Shown piece by piece: positions 1 through 12,915 of a DNA stretch of 64,000 bases. A model generated the notes under the pieces. That model was not told where the DNA came from. It saw only the letters and a list, made by a program, of their open reading frames with translations, and searched no databases. The stretch is from contig NC_090357.1 of NCBI RefSeq assembly GCF_035084215.1, forward strand, positions 9,052,001 to 9,116,000, read 5' to 3'. This DNA comes from Heptranchias perlo. Lineage: Eukaryota. Made by a program: the position numbers and the translations under genes. How positions within the stretch are numbered: the first letter of the stretch is position 1; each line of letters starts with the position of its first letter.

Positions 1-1068
1 TAGCCATTCAGATAAGGGCCGGTGAACGGAGGTCATGTCTGCTTGTGTTGCTGGTTCAGGAACGATTCGAGAAAGAGCAGAGAGCTGTCCCGGTGTCCTG
101 ACCAACATTCTCCCCCTCAAGCAATGCCATAAACAAAAAAAAGAAAAACAGGCTAACCCCGGTCATTCGTCGCACTGCTGTTGGCGGGTCGTTGTTGTGT
201 GCGAAATGGCTGCCTCAACTGCCGACACAACAGCGACCACTTGGGCGAGATAACGGAGGACTGCGGGCGCCTGTGGAACTGCACCCCTGCAAGGAGGCAA
301 CACCATCAGGGGGAAAGGAGAAGGAGGAAAAACAAGGGGGAGAAGCAAAGAAAAAGAGAATTGCTAGCAATCTCTTATTGCTATGTCACATGGCACAGTG
401 CATTGGTAACCCGATATGCCATGCCATGCGGGCGGGGCAGCTCAATTTTTAATACATATGATTTTTTCCTCTACTTACAATTGGCTATTGGGATCTGGAG
501 GAAGTTCTTCACACTAAAAAAGGGGGAGAAAAAAAAAAGAAATCTTATTTTAGAAAACTACTACAGTAAGAGCTCACAGGGCAATTACAGATGAGGAAGG
601 CCCTTTGGCCCATCTTAGTTTGTCCGTCCACAATGGCCCTAAAGTCCCCCCATTGCAGCATCCAATTAGTTCTTAAATGATTCCAGGGGTTTCACCTCCA
701 GCACACTATCCAAAGTCCATTCCAAGTACTGATCACTCCCTGCGTGAATAAGAACTTCCTGATATCAGTCTTGAATTTACCTTGTACTAGTTTGAATCTG
801 TGGGCCTTCATCTTTCTCTTGCAATTTAGTTCAAAATAATTGTCGAGATTTACTCATAAAAGGTATATCAGATAGTAAGTAACATGCATCAGATCACCTC
901 TCGGACACCACCTTTCAAGGCTGAAAAGCCGGTCTTTCTCTGTTCTTTCCTCATAACCCAGACCTGTAACAGTAAGGATCAGGCTCGAGGCTCTTCCCTG
1001 CACTGCCTCCAGTGCTTGAATGTCTCCATGACTGGAACTTCCCGAGTGTATTTCAATTTAACATTTAC

Positions 1069-4000
1069 CAAACACAACGTAGGCCTGTTACACTTCTGAC
1101 ACACTTTCCCCAATTTTGCAACGCTGGAGGGGGGGGCGCGGTGGGAGGTACTGACGGCACAAACCGCACACCCAACATATGCTTTTACCGGGTTTTTCTT
1201 TTCAGCTTTGGGAGTTGACTTCTGGCTTTTAATGCTTTTCTCAGGCTCCTCTTCAAGGATCTCATCTACAACAAAACAAATGGATAGAGGGGTGAATGTG
1301 CACACCAACAACAGCAAGTTGCATTTATATAGCACCTTTGATGTAATAAAATGTCCCAAGGCGCCTCACAGGAGCATAATCAGACAAAAAAATTGACACC
1401 AAGCCAAAGAAGGCGACATTACGACATGTGACCAAAAGGATGGTGGACGAAGGGAGTCGGGGATGCGTAAGAGGCCAGGATAGGAGAAACGCAGAGTTCT
1501 CGTAGGGTTGTAGGGCTGGAGGCAGTTACAGAGATAGGGAGGGGTGAGACCACGGAGGGATTTCAACAAGAGGATGAGAATTTTAAAATCAAGTCGTTTG
1601 GGAACCAGGAGTCAACGTAGATCAGCGAGCATAGGGGTGATGAGTGAACAGGACTTGGTGCGAGTCGGGATACGGACAGCACGAGTTTTAGATGAGCTCA
1701 AGTTTATGGTGGGTGGAAGATGGGAGGCCGGCCAGCAGAGCATTGGAATAGCTGAGTCTGGATGTAGCAAAAGCATCGAGGACGAACCAGACAGACCTCA
1801 GCTCATATACTTGTTCCTGCTCGCCCTGACTCCTTTCCTGATCTTCTGGGTTTGGTTCCATTCCTCCTGGCAGCCCTCCTTCACCTCATCCAAGGGGTCA
1901 TGTGTGACTCCAGACAGTATAGGCAGACTATTCGATTGTGTGGGAAATCATAGCCAACCTCAATCCTGTTCTTGCCCAACTGGAACATATGTATAACCTA
2001 CCAGTGGGGGCAGGAACCCCGACACAAAGGGTGGTAGAAGTTGGGAACTCTCTTCCGCAAACGGCAATTAATACTAGCTCAATTGCTAAATTTAAATCTG
2101 AGATACATAGCTTTTTGGCAACCAAAGGTATTAAGGGATATGGGCCAAAGGCGGGTATATGGAGTTAGATCACAGATCAGCCATGATCTTATCAAATGGC
2201 GGAGCAGGCACGAGAGGCTGAATGGCCTACTCTTGTTCCTATGTTCCTATGCTGTTACCCCCCCATAGTCCAGGAACTGCAGCACCCCCATCACGAGCTC
2301 AAGTGCAGCTGTGCATAGACCAGAAATCAGATCTGGATCCTTCCTGGTTTACGTAGCTCAGTTGCACACCAGATGCTACCTTTGCCTATAAGGCCATCGG
2401 GGGTGGGGGGTTGGAAGGGAACTGTTTCTATTGTTCAATCTCTAATCAGAAATCTCACCTACTTCTACCCAGTTTACACCATGAACTCCATGAATATCTC
2501 ATTCAGTTTGAGTCAGCGCTTAATGGACCCCCCAGGGTTTACACAGAGGGACTGCACGCAGTGAATTTCATGAGTCAGGAGGCATACAATGAACGGCCAA
2601 ACACCAGCTAAGCAGATGGGAGTTTCTAGCTTATTTTTTCACAAATGGGAGATGGAAAAATTCACGCAAGAAAAGTGATGGGAAAGTGCAAGAAACACAC
2701 AGACATAGACAGACAGACAGATAGAGAGAACAAACCAGAGAAAAGAAAAGCAATTGGAAAAGGAAGTGCGTGTGGCAGACATTTTTCTCCTCTGACTCAC
2801 CAAAAATCTCGTAGTTTTTTTCGGTTAAGTTATCAATCAGGTTTTCCCAGGCTGCCTGGAAAAGGAAACAAGGAAACAAGGCTAATGATTTTTCTATTCT
2901 TCCTCGACACTACTTCACTGGGCACCAAAATTCTTGATAAAAGGAAACTCCTTCTGCCATGGAGAATTCAAACCCGACACAGATTCACCTCATTCACTCA
3001 TGTAGCACTGAGCCTGCTTGTAAAGCCCATTTATTTTAAATGGGTTATCACCTCCATTAAAACAATGGGTTACCACCTCCATTAAAACAATGGGTTATCA
3101 CCTCCATTAAAACAATGGGTTACCACCTCCATTAAAACAATGGGTTATCACCTCCATTAAAACAATGGGTGGAGGAATGTCATATGAAAGTGTTAATTGT
3201 TCATCGGCTATTATGGCCAATAGTAATTTATAGCCCAACATCACGTTGCTCCAGAGGAAGCTTGAGATACCACTGATCGGGGCCCGGGGATAAGAGAAGA
3301 AGCCCGTGGACGCATCCCCCCCCTCCCCCCACCCCCCGCTCTGACTGCGGAGTGGGAGGAGGAAGTTGCAATCCCATTGTTCACGTCTGGATTGGGGCCT
3401 GGCCTGACTTTATGAAGGAGGAAATATTTTTCAAAGTTATCAAAGAAATTCAGACCTGATGAATCTAAAATTTACCTGGAATTCTTCCCCTCTGAAAACT
3501 CGGATTGCTTCGTGTCCTTCCAAAGATTGAAAATAATCACGGCCGTCGTCTGAGTCAGACACCAGCTCAGGCATGGGGCTGTCCTCGCCACTCAGGATGG
3601 TCCCCTTTTTACTGAATAAAGCGTAACAGGGAAAATAAAATAGGAACAGGACTGAACAATGACAGGAGAAAACGAGACATAGGAACATAGAAACAGGAGA
3701 CGACCATCCAGCCCCTCGAGCCTGTTCCGCCATTCAATTAGATCACGGCTGATGTGTATCTCAACCCCATTTGCCCGTCTTTGCTCCATATCCCTTGATA
3801 CCCTTACCGAACAAAAATCTATCAATCTCAGTCTGGTAAGGTTCAATTGACTCAGCATCCACAACCTTTTGGGGGAGAGAATTCTATTACCCTTTGTGTG
3901 AAGAAGTGCTTCCTGATTTAACTCCTCAATGGCCTGGCTCTAATTTTCTCAGGTCGCCCAAAATCAACTAAAACTTGGCGATAAGTCCCAGCAGCCCTGC

Positions 4001-7000
4001 GGGGAATGATCACACTTGGGAATGATGGGGTTGTACCAGCCCTTGCACCCACCCAACTGATTAGAAACAAATTATTCACAAGGAAGAGCAAAGGGGTCGT
4101 GGGCTTCAGTTTCAAATCCCAGACCAATTAGTTCCTGAATTCAGTCGAGTCACAGAGTGGAGAATCCAAATAGAGGCCACAGGGAGGGAGCAAAATAAAA
4201 AAAGAAATCAAATCAAAAATAGGAGTGGTCAGCAGGCCATCCTCAGGCACCGCCCGGAAACTAGTGCAGAGTATCACTGGTAGTGACAGGGAGCAGGTAG
4301 CTTTCTTCCCGACTCTCCTTACCCCAGGCCTGGGAAAAGTGGAGGAGGAAAACTTCTCAAAAGTAAATATCTATACTCAGCAGTAGCACTCCCTCCTCCG
4401 AGTCAGAAGGTCGGTCGGTTCATGCCTCACTGCTGGAGTTGAGCACATAACCTAGACTGACACGCCAAGGGAGTGCTGCATTCTCGCAGATGCAATCTTA
4501 CAAATGAGAAGGTTCACTGAGCGCCCATCTGCCTGTTCTGGTCAATGCACAAGATCCTTATTTGATGACAGGCAGGGAGCTCTTATGATGTCCTGGCCAA
4601 CATTTATCCCTCAACCAACACAACCAAAAAAAAAAGGAACAGATGATCCGATCATTTATCTCACTGCTGCGTGTGGGACCTTGCTGTGCGCCAACTGGCT
4701 GCCGCATTTCCCTACATTACAACAGTGACTACACTTCAAAAGCAATTCATTGGCTGTAAAGAGTTTTATGACATCTTGGAAGAGTGAAAGGCACTTTATA
4801 AATGCAAGTTCTTTCTTTCGTTCATACACTGAATATTCAAAAACAAGATTCCAACCAAAACAAGGGAACTTTCACTCAAATTCTCTGAATTAGTCATTGG
4901 ATTGCAGGAATGCACCATCTCTCAGCGTGTGACATGGAATAACTGAGATTTTTAATATTCAACAAGTCATTTAGACAGAACAGATATGGAGGACAGAACA
5001 CACCCGGCAACCCAAAAGAAATTTTTTTTTCTCATTTTAAATTATGTCTTCACTAATAAATTTGGTGTCTGTGTACTATTACTCAGTGCATGTGCTGACC
5101 TCTCAATCCCACAGAGGAAGACATTTAAAAATAAAATCACCTATGCATTGCGGGATAGAGGGCACAGCTGTCCGGGGTGGGGGGGAAAAATAGAAAAATC
5201 ATTCGCTCACCTTGCATTTTAGTTGGACAAATCACAGTGGCTACAGGTAGTTATAGGTTGAACCTATTTATTGAAATACAGGAAATGCAGAAATTCCTCA
5301 ATTTTTATTTAAAAATACAGTATCTACCCTCTCCCAAAGAATCCTTTTGGGCAAACAATTCAAATGTTGAACAATCCACTTACCTCGAACTGTTTTGCCC
5401 ATTTGATGTTTCACAGTTGCCTGTAAAAATAAAATGTATGTCAGCCACTGCGGGAGTTCCTGCACTTGCTCAGTGTTTGATTGTAACTCCGCCTCTCTCT
5501 CCTTCTTTAAGACGCTTCTTAAAACCTATCTCTTTGATCAAACTTTTAGTCACCCGTCTTACTATCAACCTCTTTGGCTTGTGTCAATGTTTGTCTGATT
5601 ACACTCCTGTGAAGCGCCTTGGGATGTTTTACTACGCTAAAGGTGCTGTATAAACGCAAGTTGTTGCTGTTGTCGCTGCACATGGCACAGTGTGTGTTTA
5701 CTGGCTCGCTGTACAACAAATATGACAGCTACAGTATGCAGGTCAGCGCGATTCCCTCCTGATTTTCACGTTTCAGAACATGCTGACCGAAGGCTACACA
5801 GAAACGTACTTTAACTTGGTCCCCTCGCAGCAGTGAGCCCCCCACAACCTTCCAACGGTTAACTTCACCAACTCTGGCTCCTTTAGTGACAGCGGGCCTG
5901 CCGACTGATTGAAGCCAGTACTTCCTCAAAAAACAAATCTCCAGCCTTCACTGGTAATAGAACGGGATATCTACTCTAATCCCCTCTCCCTGCTCTTTCC
6001 ATGCATCCCATAGAATCGTAGAAAAGGATTTGCCAGAAGACGTTGATAAACATTTAATTACCTTTTTTCTTCATTTCCACTTGAATTTCACTATGTTGTT
6101 CCTGCAACACTGTGATGTCACTTCCTCCCGCTTGGCAGAGGTCGGTGCCTCTTCTGTTCACTATTCTAGCATATTCCGAGTAGCCTGCTGACAGGAGGCC
6201 TTTAGCACAGAAGTAATGGCCCTGGGGAGCAGAGTGAATAGAACAAGATATTAAAGCTACTTGGGGCAGGGGGGAAGAGGGGGAACCAACAACCAACTGA
6301 GAGTTTACACTTCAGCTATACAAAGAACAGAATCAGGGTCACTGACTTACGGGCGACAGGATAAGTCGCATTACGTTTTTATTACGTGGATTTCTGGGAT
6401 TTTTACTGGTGTTTTGGGTAACTCATTCTGCAATTTTCCGTGAAAAGAGAATTCTAGTGGCCTTGAACATAAACCATCCAACGAAAAGCAGGAGCACAGA
6501 GAGTTCAATCATACTGAAAGACAAAATAAATGCTCCACTTTGTGTAAAATTTTATCTATAAATTATTCATAATTTTCTGTAACAAGCAGTAGGAGGCCCC
6601 TTATTATATGAACAGAGGAGTTGAACACACAGGCTTTTCAGAATTCCAGTGCGAGGGGTCAATAATGATTGCTGCTAAGTAATGAGACGTGCCTGATTTT
6701 TTGTTTGTAACTTGTTACTATTTTTTTTTAAAAATCAATGCAAAAAAGCCTGCCAGTGCTGGGGAAATGGAACATCTTGTCTGCATCCAGTGTCCCATGC
6801 TTCCCTCTTACTCTTCCTCACAATTGTGTCTATTTCTTAGGAACAGAGGCCAAGCCCAGCTGGACTGAAGAAACACAGAAATAATAGGGTGGCAAGAATT
6901 ATGCACATTTAAAAAAAAAAGGTTTCTCTTTGGATAACAAATATGCTTTTAAAAAACCCCAAAAAGAATCAACTAAAAGGATGACTCCTACCTTAAAATA

Positions 7001-10000
7001 ATCTGGTTTTAGTACTGCTGCTCTAATACTGTCCAATATCGCCATTCTGAAAGGAGAAAAAAAATTATCTTTATGTAATCAAATCAAGCGTTTCGTCTCA
7101 AAAGACGACTCCAGGAGAGATTCACACAAACACTCCTACGAAATTGTGAACCTGCTCCTAGCATCGCACACTTCTTAAAGGGAGTAGAAGGGGAGAGGGG
7201 GGCAGTGGCATGCAGGCCACTGGTGCTCACAAATCCAGCCATTTTACTTTGGCTTCACTATTGGCTGCGTAAGACCCATGCATCGCAAACCTGCAGGACT
7301 AGAATGCCACCGGAGCAATGAAAGAGCAGCCAGATACTGAATCCACAGCCTCACTCCCACCCTCCCAGACAGCACTGACTGTAAACAACGGCAAGGAGGG
7401 GGGAGGGGGGGGGGTGCCTCATTTTTTTTTTGTGACTTGTTTTGATATCGATGCAAAGCATGTCAGTGCTGGGGAAATGGAACATCCTGTCCGCAGCCAG
7501 TACCCCGCAGCTCCTTCTACTCGTCCTCCCAGGTAGTAGTCCCTTCACTCTTCAGTAATGTTCACATGTGGATTAGCGACCAAAGGATCAAAGCAAGTTC
7601 TACAAGATTCCCCAAATCAGCATCCCACTTAAACTCCCACGGGGGCAATACATCATCCAAAACATTGAGATTCAAAAGACAACCCGCTCCCCCCATCATG
7701 GAATAGGATCCTGGTAAATTTATCAAAATGTGTTCTAATGGATTGAAGCATAAAGATGTCCCATTTGTTACAAGGAAAGTGTCCACGGCCGGGACTCACC
7801 GGTGATCATTCAGCTGCAGGTAACAATAGGCTCTTCGACAATACAATTGATGATTATAGGGGCTGGAAAAGAAGCATTCCATTAATGATAAACACCACTT
7901 AAATTACATAATCACCACCTTTAAATTGTTTATACGAACTGAATCATGACCAGGTCTGAACTCCTCATTTTGGCACAGAACAATGTCCTGGGTGGATGCC
8001 ATGTAAGTCAAGTTAGCCCAGCTCTAGGACAAATAGCCCTGGTAATTGCTTGCTAGGTCAACTGATCACATCCTGGTCAATTGCCCGGGTGCTGCTATTG
8101 GCCTTAGTGGTCCTCCCAGCCTGAGCCCTTCCAGCCTGCCTCAGTCCTCCCAGCCTCCGAATTAGGGAGGGAAAGGATAATTTTTTTTAAAAATCAGCCA
8201 GCCTGATCAGCATCCAACGATCCCTGTTTTAAAGTGCACGTGCGCAGATATCAGCTCAACTGCAACGTACTGCACGATTGAACAGCCTGAGTCTAGGCTC
8301 ACTCATGAACAAGGGCCATCTGAGTGAGCTACCAGAGGACACCCAGGTGCCTGAAATCTGCACCTTCATGAACCTGGGAAACTTTTTTTTTTAAACATGT
8401 ACTCTTCTTACCAAACGGACAGGGGTGAACGGTACCTTGTTTCGACTGCCTTGCTGTATGTGAGGACGGCAGCTTTGAATTCACTTATATTCACTTCATC
8501 TTCACCTTTCCTCTGAAGATGCTCAATCTTCTAATAACAAAACAGACAAGATAACTGTAATGGTAAACCCACCCCACCCCCCCCACAATCTTCACTGCTG
8601 CACACCCCTTCGTGCAAGTTTTGTGCCTTTTAAATATTACGTGGATGGTCCCTGCTGGCTCAGTGGGGTAAAAGTGCCAGGTGCGGAACTGAGCCTCACA
8701 GACCAGAAAGGTTCAATGCCTGGACTGTGCTGTTAACTGATCTCAATGAAGGTGGCAGAGTGGGCATTGCATTGATCTCAATGTCCCAGAGGCTATGGGG
8801 GAGGGGGAAGAGAAGAAAAGGACAGGGGGGAATTAACCAAAGTTGCTGCTCCTGATTACTATTCCTGCTGCAAGTGCATGTGTGTCAATGCCGGATGAGG
8901 AAAGGACTGGACTCAGTTGAACAGTCCACTTACATTCACTGTCCCGGCACATATGTGAAAAATGGTCACTTGGATAGGGTACTGTAGACAATCGCTTCCT
9001 ACAGAACTGTCGCCACCTTCAGGAGAGGAGGAATAAGCACAAAAAAATCGGAGGGGGAAAAATATATATTGAATTAAAAGGATGACTGTGGATAGGGGTA
9101 CAACTTAGACAATGGATTCCGCAAAGGAATAAGGTTCCCCTGCAGAGAATAGACCAAAACAAAAGAACCAGGCAGACAAATATCAGGCAGCCGTTCAGCA
9201 GAGTCCCATTAACACTGACTCACTAGCTGCACTATGCAAAACAAATTGTTGAAAGCACTCAAAAGGGTAGGCAGGTCACAGGAGTGCTCCTGAACCACAA
9301 AAGGACACTTGATGCTTCTCCTCCTGTCGCTCAGCTTTTCACACACAGGATTAAGGTCATTAAATATTGCCTGAAGCTGAAACAGGGAAAGAAAATATGA
9401 AACTTTATTATCTCAAAAATAGGTTTTAAAACCTAAGCCCCCTGGCAACAAATGGTTGTTGCCTTGCCAACAGGCAACGTCACCCAACTGCGTACACAAC
9501 TAGCAAAAGGCAAATATGTAGGACTGATATAAGGAAGCTCTCCACACAGAAAGGATCGATACACTTTCACACAAGGTAATGGAGGCGAAAGCCCAGGAAT
9601 TGCCTTAAGAGAAAATTGGATGATATGATGGGTGGGGGCGGGGGGAAGATAGTGCTGGGGATTGTAGGGTCTTTCCAGATCTGGTGAACAAAGGAAGACC
9701 CCTAATATATACTTCTGCAATGAGGGATCTATTCCATAACATGTCGGGACCTGAGAAAGCACAGACATGTTTGTGCAGCTGAATGAAAAAAAAAAGGTAC
9801 TGACCTGATTGTTTGCTTCACAATTTCTTTCAAAGTCACTTAGCACAGAATCCCCCTCGGCAGCAAATTTCTTTATATAATCTGCAACTGAACAGAGGAA
9901 AACGCAAGACGTTACGTCCATCAACAAAACACGGGGCTGTGAATGGAGATTTCGTACATGGAAGAGAACACCACATTCCACAAATACTGAGCTGCAAACA

Positions 10001-12866
10001 GTGGCCATTTCTCCTTTGGCTGTTAAAAGTGAGAATTGCTGTCCTATAGCTCAGTTGGTAAATGCACTGATCAGTCATTTGTGCAAGATACTGGAACCAT
10101 ACAGACCAGGGAGTTCCCCAGTTCAATCTCCAGTTGTGTTGAACTAGCTGATCTCAGTCAGGACAAAGGTATGGATGCTACACAATTGGTCTCAGCACCC
10201 TTGGCTCAGGTCTCCCATCCATTTTTTGTGTGTGTGATTTAGGCCGCCCTTTTATAAGAAGTTGGGGGTGGGGCGGGAGTTAGGGTGTGTTTTTATTTAC
10301 AACAAATTATAAACCAAAATAAGTGTCAAATAATAATTTTATTATAATGATCCAGGATGCACTCCAGTCCCTGCGGTGCCCACCGGTCGCGGAAAGCCTC
10401 AAGCGTACCGGCAGACACCGCGTGCTCCCTCTCCAGGGCCACCCGGGCGCGGAGATTGCCGCAGAAGAGAGGCAAATCCCATCCTCATTGCTCTCCAGTG
10501 ACCTCTCCCGGAAAGTGTACGTGTGGGGACAGGACTGTGCTTGGCTCTGATCTCCCACGGGTTGAAGAGCCTATTAACATTCACCGTCTAGACTCATACA
10601 AGAAGAAAGGCCATTTTGGCAACATACCCACGGCATTGTAACCCAGCATCAGTCATCAGCTTCAATAAAATAATAGGAGAAATAAACATGGGCAATTTTT
10701 TTAAAAACTCAGAACCACGTTACTTAATGAAAGTTTCCCATCCGAAAAGCCAGCACCACTGTTAGACGGCCCTGCCGCTGAGTAAGAAAACACTGCAAGT
10801 CTTGTGAAAGTTGTAGAGAAAGCAAAGGCATATGTGCTTACCACAATAAGCAAGTTTGTAAGTGTGCATTATTGGTTCTGCATTATTGATCAGTCCCGTT
10901 CTTTCCCTGTTCGTTCTTCAGTCAAGAGGAACGGGTGTTCTGGACTGGACTCATCGGACCAGAGGCTTCTTCTAGGCCAAACTCAATGGTCAGCCCAGCC
11001 TGCCTCCAACACCCAGCTGCCCTCAATGGACAGCCCAGCCTGCCTCCAACACCCAGCTGCCCTCAATGGACAGCCCAGCCTGCCTCCAACACCCAGCTGC
11101 CCTCAATGGACAGCCCAGCCTGCCTCCAACACCCAGCTGCCCTCAATGGACAGCCCAGCCTGCCTCCAACACCCAGCTGCCCTCAATGGACAGCCCAGCC
11201 TGCCTCCAACACCCAGCTGCCCTCAATGGACAGCCCAGCCTGCCTCCAACACCCAGCTGCCCTCAATGGACAGCCCAGCCTGCCTCCAACACCCAGCTGC
11301 CCTCAATGGACAGCCCAGCCTGCCTCCAACACCCAGCTGCCCTCAATGGACAGCCCAGCCTGCTTCCAACACCCAGCTGCCCTCAATGGACAGCTCAGGC
11401 TGCTTCCAACACCCAGCTGCCCTCAATGGACAGCTCAGGCTGCTTCCAACACCCAGCTGCCCTCAATGGACAGCCCAGCCTGCCTCCAACACCCAGCTGC
11501 CCTCAATGGACAGCTCAGGCTGGCTCCATCGTTCTATGTTTTTTTCTCGTCTTGAGATTTTCCGTGCTTCATCCAGGCTTTGCTTATATCTTACGCTTCA
11601 ACAACACAGGAATTGCTAGACGAAAAGATCCACCTGGTTCGCCTTCTACTCTCCTGGTAGTCGCATGATACAACAATAATGGAGTTGTTGACTAATCATA
11701 GCAATCAATCTCTATCAATTGGTCTACAACAGATCCAGAAATAAAATAGAATCATAGAATGATACAGCAAAGGAGGAGGCCATTTGGCCCATCGTGCCTG
11801 TGCCAACTATTTGAAAGAGCTATCCAATTAGTCCCACTCCCCTGCTCTTTCCCCACAGCCCTGCAAATTTTTCCCCTTCAAATATTTATCCAATTCCCTT
11901 TTGAAAGTTGCTATTGAATCTGCTTCCACCACCCTTTCAGGCAGTGCATTCCAGATCATATCAATGCGCTACGTAAAAACAAAATTCCTCATGACACCTT
12001 TTTTTTGCCAATTACCTTAAATCTGTGTCCTCTGGTTATTGACCCTTCTGCTATTGGAAACAGTTTCTCCTTATTTACACTATCAAAACACTTCATGATT
12101 TTGTATCAAATCTCCTCTTAATCTTCTCTGCTCTAAGGAGAACAACCCCAGCTTCTCTAGTCTCTCTATGTAACTGAAGTCCCTTACCATTCTAGTAAAT
12201 CTCTTCTGCACCCTCTCTAAGGCCTTGACATCTTTCCTAAAGTGTGGTGCCCAGAATTTAAATGAGGCGAGGAAAATCCCAGTGGTGGAAAGATTTAGGA
12301 ACCTCGGTCCAAAGTCACCTGTTCCTCACAAAAACGCTGCACTTACCACATGTCATGTCTCAAATTACTCATATACTGTATAAAATATTCATCTCCAACA
12401 ACCCTCAAAAGGGTGAGTGTTGCTGATGTAAAATTATCCTACTATAAGCCAGGATAATTAAAGTGAATTGGAACAAACAACACAAAAAGGACCTCTGAAA
12501 GTTGCACTTCTTAAAAAAAAGTATGTCATAAGTTGCAGCCTCATAGAGAAGGGAACTTACAGTGTGCCAGCAGGATTGTAAGGGCTGTGTTCCTCTGGAG
12601 ATCTGTCCACTGAGGGGCTATATTGTCAATAGGAATTTGTTTTATTAAAGGCTTTGTACAGCAGATGATCTCTTTCAGTTCAGAGTCGTCCTAGAGAGAA
12701 GGCACAAGAAATAAATTGTAAATTCCCCTTTGTTAGGAATAAGCTCTCGTTCCCCCAAAGACTCGTGTCACCAAGGCAAGGATGGTGCAATTGGCTGCCG
12801 CAAACCTTGGGGATGGGAATGGTAAAAACCAGCCATGGTCATTACTCCTTATCACTTTCCAGCTTC

Positions 12867-12915
<49 letters not shown>

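Noticed and set aside
6700-7530. Two diverged copies of about 130 bp (CAGTGCTGGGGAAATGGAACATC...) in adjacent introns, considered as duplicated snoRNAs
   Set aside because: No convincing C/D or H/ACA boxes were found. Similar sequence near 54550 suggests an old interspersed repeat.
10804-11668. Three long overlapping plus-strand ORFs (200-271 aa)
   Set aside because: They are products of a stop-free 40-bp minisatellite on the antisense strand of an intron.
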